From positions 62,001-126,000 of the forward strand of contig NIVC01002434.1 in NCBI GenBank assembly GCA_002269645.1: DNA of 64,000 nt. Direction: 5' to 3'. A program made the translations under genes and the position numbers. The notes below the pieces were generated by a model. The model searched no databases. It had not been told where the DNA came from and saw nothing but the letters and a program-made list of their open reading frames with translations. Of the stretch, positions 49,733 through 61,100 are shown in pieces. Every line of letters starts with the position of its first letter. Position 1 is the stretch's first letter. The DNA comes from Macrostomum lignano. Taxonomy: Eukaryota.

Positions 49733-51462
49733 TCGAATCGCTCGGCAACTTGTCAGGAAGAAGTGGCGACCACAAGCAGCCTGTTTCTGTCGGTGGTGAT
49801 CGGGCTGTTCAGCCTGGTGATTGTGCTGGGCCTGTTCGGCAATTCGCTGGTCATCCTGGTGATCCTGGCCAACAGGCACATGCGCAGCACCACCAACATC
49901 CTCATCACCTCGCTAGCTGTGGCTGACCTGCTCTTCATCACACTGTGCGTACCGTTCACGGCTCTGTTCTATCGATTCACCTGGAAGTTTGGCCACTTCT
50001 GGTGCGTCATGTTTCAATATTTCACCTATGTGCCCGTGTATGCCAGTGTCTACACTCTGGTACTCATGAGTTTCGACAGGTGCGTGTACTATTTTGTTAT
50101 AATATGCTTATACTCAGGTTACGGGCCTTTAGAAAGGCTGTTATTTAGCAATTTGACAAGAAGTATAAGCATAATCCGCGATTTAGATGTTCTTAAGTGA
50201 ATAATTACTAACGATAGTTTTTGTTTCTTCTTCCACTTATTACTTCCAGGACGTCTAATAGAAAATACTAATAAATTAAGGTTTTTAAATCTTATAAAAA
50301 TAGTAATAAAAGACTACCCCGCCATTGTGAGTTCAGTCAGTTCACGGATCAACAGGTTCACCCCGTGGCTCCGCCTCAAGGCCCCAGCAAAATGAGCAGC
50401 AAAACGTCCTGTTGTTGAGTTGCTCTCAACCCAGTTCACGGGCGTTACAGCGGAGCCTCTGGCAATAGCAGCAATAGTACAGTTTGATTACAATCCATCC
50501 TTGTCCCATCCGTCAGGTACCTGGCCGTGGTGCACCCCATGCGCAGCATTGGCTGGCGAACCAAATCCAACACTCTGCTGACCGTCGCTGTCACCTGGCT
50601 AGTGATTTCAGCTTCGCACGTGCCATTCGCTATGGGCGTTGGCGTCACCACGATCCCAATGAGCAGCACCTGTCTGTGCAACAATTCAGCTGCGAACTGC
50701 ACCACAATATCCGAAGTTGGCATCTGCTCCTACGTTGGCTTCTACTCGGATCCGCTGGCCGGCCGGTTCAGCCTGATTGGCAAAATATTCTACGCCGCAT
50801 TCAACATTCTGGGCTACGTGCTGCCCTACGCGCTGATCATTACTCTGTACGTCCTGCTGGTGAAACGGCTGCTGTACGATCGGTCGTCATCGCGCCTGCC
50901 GCAGTCGATTGAGGCTGTAAAATCCAAGCGACGCGTCACCCGGATGGTAGTAACCGTCGTAGCCATATTCGGCACCTGCTGGCTTCCCATTCACGTGATT
51001 TTCGCTCTGCAAAGCTGGCACGGCGACCTAGAGGAGGTTTGGTTCAGATACCTGCAAGTGGTGTCGCAGGTCCTAGCCTACATGAACAGCTGCATGAATC
51101 CCATTGTCTACGCGTTTGTTTCCGACAATTTTCGTCAAGCGTTTGCCAGTTTTTTAACTGGCATCCGATTGAAGCCCAAAACGCGAGATGTCGCTGCCGC
51201 TGATAATGGCAATCGGCGGTGCAGGCCGTTGCTTGAGCAGCTGCATCAACAGCGGGAAGATTTTGGCTTCAATCTGGAGCACCAGGAGCTCGATCACCAA
51301 CTGCAGGTTGGCAGTGAATTGAGCAATAGTAACAAAGCACAGGCCGATGGAACTGCTGGATGTGCGACCATGGAGATGACGCCGCTGTGCGGAGCTGTGC
51401 AGCTGACTGTTCAAGTGCATTCGAGCGCAACTCGCGATGCCGAATACGCCGAAGCGAGCTGA
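49733..51462 (+). CDS. Class A neuropeptide GPCR, allatostatin-A/galanin receptor-like
   Basis: Exons about 49733/49757-50079 and 50517-51462, with the intron splitting the DRY Arg codon. Motifs: GN..V, MRSTTN.LI..LAVADLLF...CVPFTA, ASVYTLVLMSFDRYLAVVHP, CWLP, NSCMNPIVY. The N-terminal exon is uncertain (candidate ATG 49636, MNAS). Confidence 0.9.
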
Positions 51463-52189
51463 CGATGTTTTTTTCTGAGTAGCTTTTCTTTTGTCAAGAA
51501 AAATCTAAGTAAATGGGCAACTGTGTCGAATAGCTCTAATTGGAATGAGACTAAAATCTTAGGGAGAAAAAACACCGGTTTGAGGCAGTGCGCAAAGCAA
51601 AGTACAGGCCAGAAGTGCAGGTTTTTTTGTTCATTAGCTTGTTGTCGACTAATTAGATGAGACTGGAGACGGAAAAGCGCTGGCGGCAGCTTGTATGCGG
51701 ATGTTGAACTACGCTGTTTTTTTACAATATTACCAAAGTTACAATATTCTGTGTTATCCGCAATTCAAAGTGTATGTTGTTTGAGAAAATATTCCCAATT
51801 TTCTATTACGTTTCAAGTGGCAGTCTCATTAAAGTACCATATAGATTTCCAATATTAAAATATTTTTTGTCAGTGTCAAATTGTTTAGTCTGCAAATCAA
51901 GCGATAATTAATTAAAAAATAACAAATTGCAGCATCTATTTCAACAGCCGGGCAGCAGAAGTGATAAAAAAAACTCTTCCAATAAATAATATTCATGTGT
52001 TAGCGTGAAGTTCGTGAGCTGTCGAGTGCAAATAAAAATCTACAAAACCATACAAAAAACTGAAGAAGATCATAGAAGATTCGAAGCGCTTTACTTGAAA
52101 ACAATTTCTCATATAGTTACAAGTGATATCTAATAAAAATCGTGTTTTTTGTAAATATTCCTCGAGTTTCTATATATTGGACACAATTA

Positions 52190-55100
52190 TCAGTGGCGCA
52201 GACTCTCGACAATTGGCGGGAATCGAACCTGGCGCTGCGTTTCCGTTCTGTCCGGCTCGTCATCCGTTGACTCGTCTGTTTCGCTGCCCGATTCAGCGTC
52301 GGCTGGCCGGTGGCGGCCCGGCTGCTTGTTCTGGCCGTCCGATCCGACCGCTGCCACCACCGTGTTTGATCTGTGCGCTCGCCACGACGGCTGGGGCAAG
52401 TTGTCGGACAGATTGAACGACTTGAACTCCTGTCAGTTTGGATTGGGGGGTAGGACAGCCTGATTAGCTCCTATCGTGTAAGCCAGTGAAGAGTAGCTGC
52501 TGGATTTAGATGGATGGCTAAATGGGGGGGAGGTCCTTTCCTAGAAGCTGGAAGACTATAGGGGATTTTCGATGGTTAGTATGTGGGTTGCTGACAGATA
52601 AATCCCGGGCAGAAATCTGCAAAACTCTCCAGAAATGTGTCCTATGAACCCCCTGCCCCATGGGAAAACCGACAAACACTCGACTGTTGCCAAATCGGCT
52701 GTTTGTTTGTTTCAATTATCTGACAAAACTTTGACGACATAAAAATACAGATTGATTTCAAAAGTACAATTGATAATTATAGTTGGTCTATAAGAACTGA
52801 AAACTCTGGCCCCGAATGGTTACTCACGGTAGTTTTGAGCACAGTGTACGGAGTGCACACGGAGCCAGCTGCGACTGCTCGGTGCGTTGACGCTCCGCCG
52901 TATTCAACGCGACGATCAGTTCGAGTCAGCCGGATTCGCTCGAAGTCTTTCTCGGCTTTAGCGCCAATTAGCGGCTGCGGAGGGGGCGAAGTTTAAGTAT
53001 GTTGGAAGTTCTCTGTGAGATTAGCCAGTTAACAGTTAACATAACAGAGCCATAGCCAGTTAACAGTTAACATAACAGAGACATAGCCAGTTAACAGTTA
53101 ACATAACAGAGCCATAGCAGTTAACAGTTAACATAAAAGAGCCATAGCCAGTTAACAGTTAACATAACAGAGCCATAGCCAGTTAGCAGTTAACATAACA
53201 GAGCCATAGCCAGTTAACAGTTAACATAACAGAGCCATAGCCAGTTAACAGTTAACATAACAGAGCCATAGCCAGTTAGCAGTTAACATAACAGAGACAT
53301 AGCCAGTTAACAGTTAACATAACAGAGCCATAGCCAGTTAACAGTTAACATAACAGAGCCATAGCAGTTAACAGTTAACATAAAAGAGCCATAGCCAGTT
53401 AACAGTTAACATAACAGAGCCATAGCCAGTTAGCAGTTAACATAACAGAGCCATAGCCAGTTAACAGTTAACATAACAGAGCCATAGCCAGTTAACAGTT
53501 AACATAACAGAGCCATAGCCAGTTAACAGTTAACATAACAGAGCCATAGCCAGTTAACAGTTAACATAACAGAGCCATAGCCAGTTAACAGTTAACATAA
53601 CAGAGCCACAGCCAGCTATCAGCAAAGTTATTCTGAGCTACGAACATATATAATACTGTGTTATTGTTTACCTTATAAACTCCCGTGTCTCCGATGGCTG
53701 GCATAGTCTGCGAACGAATTTTCAGCGAACCATTCTCAGCATCCGTTGAGTTGTCCTGAAATCAGGATGATAAAAGTAGAAACCGATGACAGACCCAGAT
53801 TTTTGCTCAAGCTGCCCATATTACATATTGTAAACACGCATGTTTAGTTTCAGGAATAAGTCAACTAGTCAACTCCAGTTTAGGCTTCTAGAAGTTCTAG
53901 CGCATCTTTTAGCAGCAAAATATCCTATTACCCCCCCCCCCGGTAGTCGACATCAGACTAATCTCATTACCTGTTCGTCACCGCTGGCGCTGGCATCGAC
54001 GCCTTCATTTTTTGAGTCCGCTAATGTCCGCTCGTCATCTTCCTCAGCTTCCTGCTCTCCGAGTGTGACGACTGGAATTAAAACCAGCAACGATACTACA
54101 CTGTTTAGTCCCTGATCTGCAAAAATATTTATAGCTACTGTCACTAATTTGCTTACCGTCTTCAAAGAATTTTTGTCGATCAATCTGAGCCTGCATCCAC
54201 GTTTTTCTGACGCCGATGTCCCACGGTTTAGGCTGAAAGTAAAAACCAGTGAATATAGACAAATGATGTGAACTTGAGAGTTAAAATGGAGCCTGAAACA
54301 CTGGGTCCCAATTTCTCTAGTCCAGTTCCTTCATTTGGAGCCAAATATCTCCCACTGTGCCTAAAACTTGACGTTACTTACATGAGAATGATTAGTAAAC
54401 ATAAACATTATTAAGAGATAACATAACGGAGGCATAACATAACATTACTATCGCTCTTATTCTTCATACAAACATATAAAAACAGCGTTTATCTTGGTCA
54501 TCTCGTCGTTTAAGCATTTGAAGCTCCAAATGAAGGAATTGGAACAGAGAAATCGGGACCCAACGTTTTGGGCTCCATTTTGACTCGTAAGCTCACATCC
54601 TCTTAGGATTCTGCGTTAATTTTATATCCTACGTTTATATCTCCCGTGCCTAAAAATAGTAAAAAAATGGCACAGGCTCGACTCATCGATTTTATGAATA
54701 TTTTTTATCATGCTTATCTTTTTGATTTTGTACCAAGATTGGCTTTTAGCTAAAATGATTCAAGCATTCAGACAAAAAAGTCAATATTGACTTAGGCTTT
54801 GCTCATAAATATGCACTATATCGAGATCGTGAGCCTCATATAATTAAAACCTTTTATTCTACGTCAATGAAGACTCACTACTGAGTGTAAAAAGCATGGC
54901 AAAAAGATTCATAAAACCAGTGAGCCGTGAGTTGAGCCATGTTTGATTTTTAGACACTAATATCTAAATAGAATCCTAATTTTCTAACAAATGAATTACT
55001 CTAACTATGAAACTAAGCAGGATGTAACAGACAGGCTCACCTGTCCGAATGTCCCCACCGCTTCGCCGCTGATGGTGAACAGCTTTGCTGTACAGTCAAC

Positions 55101-58100
55101 ACTGGCTGTCACGACAAACTCGCCAACCTCAATTTCGGCCAAGTCCACCGACACGATGGCGGCGTTGTGAGCTCGAAACTCTTGCAGACAGTGCGGCGAG
55201 TTGGTCTCTAGCTGCAGAAAAAATCGAGAGGATTAGAATTCAGCGTTATTCCTTTTGATAATCCGGATTCCTTAGGCCACAGATTCATTCGCTAATGCGT
55301 TTAGCGGCCGTCCCCGACGCCCCGAAAACCCATCAGGGGTTCTGGCCACAGACACCAGCTGCTGTTGCTAATGTCAATTGGGAGCAGCAGATGCTACTGT
55401 CTATGGTCCAAACTCCGGGGTTTTCGCACTGCCGCCATGCCGCTGCGGCCTAGTTGGAACTGCAAGCTTTCAATTTAATCATAGATACTGAAATCAGACT
55501 TGCGAGACTGAACGTTTTCTGTCTATGGTCGACACGCGTTGGCATAGCGGAGCTCAATTTAATCCTGGGGGGCATCAATTTGATCATTCTATGTTTTCTA
55601 TGCACATTTTCACTGTCATCGTAATTTTCACGACATCGACCAGCCAGCCCAAGTACACCGCAGGTCAGTACAACAAGATTAGCGATGAGAAGTAAGGTCT
55701 GATTGTCACCGCTTTAGGGCGCGGCGATAGTCCGCTGAAGTTTATTCCAGGGAAGTTTATGCCGAGGTTTATTCCAGGGAAGTTTATGCTGAGGTTTATT
55801 CCAGGGAAGTTTATGCCGAGGTTTATTCCAGGGAAGTTTATGCTGAGGTTTATTCCAGGGAAGTTTATGCTGAGGTTTATTCCAGGGAAGTTTATGCTGA
55901 GGTTTATTCCAGGGAAGTTTATTGCTGAGGTTTATTCCAGGGAAGTTTATTGCTGAGGTTTATTCCAGGGAAGTTTATTGCTGAGGTTTATTCCAGGGAA
56001 GTTTATTGCTGAGGTTTATTCCAGGGAAGTTTATGCTGAGGTTTATTCCAGGGAAGTTTATGCTGAGGTTTATTCCAGGGAAGTTTATTGCTGAGGTTTA
56101 TTCCAGGGAAGTTTATGCTGAGGTTTATTCCAGGGAAGTTTATTGCTGAGGTTTCTTCCAGGGAAGTTTATGCTGAGGTTTATTCCAGGGAAGTTTATTG
56201 CTAAGGTTTATTTCAGGGAAGTTTATGCTGAGGTTTATTCCAGGGAAGTTTATGCTGAGGTTTATTCCAGCCTGCATCGCCGGGCAGCCAGTCAATCTAA
56301 ACATTTTTTGACTCGATGATATCCAGCGCTAAAGTGTTTATTTGTCTATTGTGTCGAATTCTGTTTTCAGTTTTTCTCAACGATAAGTAAACGACCTGTG
56401 TTATAGCACTGGATATCTAACGTTATATGAGTAGAATGATCAAATTGATGCCCCCAGGATCAAATTGAACTCCGCCATGCCAGCGAGTGTCGACCATAGA
56501 CAGAAAACTTTCAGTCTCGCAAGCCTGATTTCCGTATTTATGATTCAATCGAATGCTTGCAGTACCAACTAAGCCGCAAAAAGGAATAATATAATCTGTG
56601 GCATAGGCTTACAAAACGATTGCAAGATCAAAGAGGATTCCTTGCAACACTTTGTTCAGCAGAAATTTATAACTGTTTATGACCAACAATTCATGAAAAA
56701 GCGTTCTTCATCAAGCCAGTCTAATTTTAAGCACTTGCTAAAACTAGTGCAATCTAAGGATGTGCACTCTAAAGAGGGGCAGCAATCTTTACTTGGCAGA
56801 GCATCGGAGTAAATTTATTGATTTTTTGTTCATCAATAATATTAGCTTACATCCCTTGCCAATTTCATTTCAAGGTCATGCACAAAAGTGCTTCTATGGA
56901 TCGTCTTTGATACACAATCGGTTTTGTAACTATATGGGCCGCCGTATGATAAATTAGTATAAGCACCACTTCTTGCTAAATTAACATATACACAAATTTA
57001 ATTTAGCGGTAACCACGCCTGACTTTCACGCCACGTGAAAATTGTTTTAATCAGACACAGACCTGCTCTCGCTGGAACAGTGCGTAGTTGGCTATGCTCC
57101 AGGTGCGCACGAAACCGGCCGTGTCTCCCGTGACCAGCGTGCTGTCCCGCTTGTTGGACACCATCGCTAGAACGCACTCGCCAGCTTCTGGCCCGCCTTC
57201 CGCAGCGCAGAACACCGCCATCTCGTGTCGGCGACCGTGCACGCTCCAGAACCGGATGTGCCCAGCCTCGCTGGTGAGCAGGAAGCCGCTCTCTCTGTAG
57301 CGTCGATCAGCCGCTCGCTTCTTTAGGAAGATCAGCTTGTCGACCGGAGCGGGCGTCCTGGCTGGAGGTTGGTAGGCTGATCGGTGGCGGGAGTTCGGGC
57401 GACTGCGGCTCCGGCTCCGGCTGCGACTGCGAAGGTCGCTGGCGCCCCGGGTTAAAGGCGGCGTCAGGCCCTGGGCACGGCACATCTTCTTCTCACTGCA
57501 GTGTGTTGGATAACGATGGTTGACGAAGTTTTTTTACGAAATATAGAACATGGCCAATGGTGGTGATATGCTGTAATCATTTGACGCAAGACGCAAGACG
57601 CTGGTCGAAAGACACTGCTCACCGGGGCAAAGGGTTGCTGAGTATATGTCCAGGCTTCGCCACTTATAACAACCAGAACGAACAATTAACACAATAAATC
57701 ACGCTGTATAGCAAAGATCCTAAAGTATATCAACATCAGTACCGCTCCTACTTACATCGTTTCATGATAGCCTTCACGCAGTTTCAACAGCAACTTCTCG
57801 TGATCGGCGTTCCAAACAAGGACGGCGCCGTCGTAACTCGCCGTGGCTAGGAGATCCGGCGGGCAGAAGTCGCAGCTCAGAATGTCGTCCTCGTGCCAGA
57901 CGCCGCCTTTCCATTCTAGGGGGGCTCGCTTTGTGTCCTGAGCGCGAGGTTTTTAGGTTTTGGAGATGCTATAGAGTTTAGAGTTTAGAGTTTAAAGCTA
58001 TAGACTATAGAGTTTAAAGCATTGGTGAAGTAGGGAAGAAAGTGGGGTGTTGGGGCGCAACCACACTTTGAGCCATAGACCTATTCTGTAACAAACGACG

Positions 58101-61100
58101 CTACGAAGTTATTTTGTCTATGGTAAAAATTCGACCCGGAAAAGACAATTGAGAGCAGATTAACACTCACATCCGGGTTAGAATCGCGATAGCAGACAAC
58201 CTCTCGACTCCAGCCGACCGTCAGAATTCTCTGCTGCATTGGCGCAGCCACCATCCCGGTGATCTCGGCGTCCGCAGTTTTCTCCAGTTCGTGCAGCACC
58301 TGACCAGTTTGAAAGTTCCACACCTTCATGCTGCCGTGACGACTGCCGGTGAACAGACGGCGGTAGGTGGCATCGTAGGCCAGACACGTGACTTCTTCTT
58401 TGTTATGCGCGTCGGCAAATGCCAGGCATTTATTGCCGGTGTCCAGTTCCCACGTGGTCATGCTGGAGTCGTCCGAAGCGGTGGTGACCTGCTTGAATGT
58501 CGGGTTGTAAAGCGCCGCACACAGTTGCGCCTTGTGCGTCAGGATCAGTCCGGGCACCGGGTCAGCGGCTTTGCCTGAAGTTTTAGTTCAAAAGCTTGGG
58601 CTTCGAAAACTTGCAAAATGTGTCAAGATATCGCTGAGTCATGTTGTCAGCATCGCTGAGTCATGTTGTCAGCATCGCTGAGTCATGTTGTCAGCATCAC
58701 TGAGTCATGATGTCAGCATCACTGAGTCATGTTGTCAGCATCACTGAGTCATGTTGTCAGCATCACTGAGTCATGTTGTCAGCATCGCTGAGTCATGTTG
58801 TCAGCATCACTGAGTCATGTTGTCAGCATCTCTGAGTCATGTCATTTTCGCTTGTACTTCAGTATGCACTGCTGAGATGTAGAATTTCTGTATTTAGCGC
58901 TAAGAAAACAAGTTAAAATTAAAAAGTTGTGGCGTCGCAAAAAAGTTTTCTACTTATATTTAGACGGGATAAAATAATTTTGCTTTGATTAACAGAAAAT
59001 TATTCTACTTACATGACATTACTTACTGGTAAAAGCAAACAGATTTACTAAGTAACCTCAATTCTAAATCCTGGAGTTTATTTTGAGCAGTGTAGAACCT
59101 ATTTGGCTCCGTTAATCACATGACATAAAAACGTAAAGCTAAAATCAAAAGCTACTGAGCAGACGGATAGTTAATAACTAAGAAACGAGGCTATTCGGCT
59201 GATAAGCAAGATAAGCACATAAATTATGTATGTAAAAGTATGTAAGAGCCAGACATAAACATTCTCGCTACGTAAGATCTTACCGTCTTCATCGTCGCCT
59301 GAAATTTGATTTTTTGAATGATAATTTATTTGAATTTTGGTATTCGATAGCGTTTACCCTGGCTGATCGGGGTGACTACTCGTAAAGTTGTTGCTTGCGC
59401 ATGTGCGCATTATGCATGACTGTTAGTAGTAAAAATTGACGAAAAAGTTCACCTTTTGGACTTCCGGTATTATTCAACTACAAAAAGTTAGAGTGGAAAG
59501 GCGAGAGATGGGATGAGAGAAAAGATAAAAGAGGAGAGAAGAGGGGAAAGGGGCGAGAGGGGAGAGAAGTAGAGAGGGGAGAGGGGATAGAAGAGAGAGA
59601 AGAGAAAGAGCTGAGCAGAGGTACAAACTTTAAGCGGGCCGGATTGCTATTGTGAAGTTTCAAAGGACCCGATCGTGCCGGATAAAGAGGCTTCGAAGGC
59701 CGCATATAACCGCGCCTTGACCTACCTAATCTGCAACTGCTGAGCACCCACATGCACAGGCAACACACCAACAGCTTGAACATAAAAATCCTAAAAATCA
59801 TCCTAAAAAAAAGGCCCCCTAAAAATCAACTTGGCATCTGTTAAGAATCACACTCGCAGGCATTAGGAACCACATTGCTTACCTAGTCGGTATTGCAGAA
59901 TATTGTCCGAGCTGCACAGGTAGACAGTGTTAGATCCCAGGTGCAGGGTCAGCGGACTGCCCATGTGGTCAGGCAGTTTGTCAGTGACAGAGTAGGGTAT
60001 TCGGACAGTCACAGTCTGAACGCAGACGTGCGCCTTCAAGTCCCAGGCTTTGATAATGCCGTCACGGGCGTAGCTCAGTACGCAGCCCTGTTTCTCGTGA
60101 ATTTTCACGGACAGCACTGCATTGTTGTGGCCCTCGAGCAGGGCCGTGTGCTTGGCCGTCACGTAGGGGTTCCAGAACCGGACTAGATGATCGTGCGACC
60201 CGGTGACGAGTAAGTTGAGAGTCCAGTTGATGTCGAAGCACTCTGCCCCGCGACGCAGCTTGAAGGTGTACAGAGTTCGACGATGTTTCAATTCGTAGAT
60301 GACAACGGAGTTGTTGGGCGCCGCGCTGCAGGTCACGGTGCAGTTGTTGTCCGGCAGGTAGGCCAGTTCATTGATCGGCTCGGTGTGCAAGCCCTCGTGG
60401 TGGAAGGCGTCCACGCATTTGGTGTGGCTAGCCATCTCGTAGTACCAGATCCTCTGGCTGCGATGGTTCGGATCTGGCGGGATGTCGAACAGCTGCTGCA
60501 TGGGCTTCTTGAACACGAATTCGGTCAGGTTACCACCGTCGTCGCCAGCAAACAGATGGCTGTCCGTGTTGGCAGCCTAGACGGATTTGGTTGACGCGTG
60601 GTTTGTCACTTATAGTAGAGCCAAAAATGGCATTTCTTTAAATCGATTTATTCCTCTAATAATACAACTACTCCCCCAAACAGTCAGTCTGCAACCCCTC
60701 CCCCGAACACAGAATCAGTCTGCAACCCCTCCCCCGCACACAGAGTCAGTCTGCAACCCCTCCCCCGCACACAGAGTCAGTCTGCAACCTCTCCTCCCTC
60801 ACACAGAGTCAGTCTGCAACTCTTCCCCCCCCCCACAGAGTCAGCGTGCAACCCCTCCCCCCACAGAGTCAGTCTGCAACCCCTTCCCCCCCCCCACAGA
60901 GTCAGTCTGCAACCCCTCCCCCCCACAGAGTCAGTCTGCAACCTCTTCCCCACAAGTCAGTCTGCAACCCCTCCCCCCCACAGAGTCAGTCTGCAACCCC
61001 TCCCCCCCACAGAGTCAGTCTGCAACCCCTTCCCTCCCACAGAGTCAGTCTGCAACCCCTTCCCCCCCACAGAGTCAGTCTGCAACCCCTCCCCCCCCCC

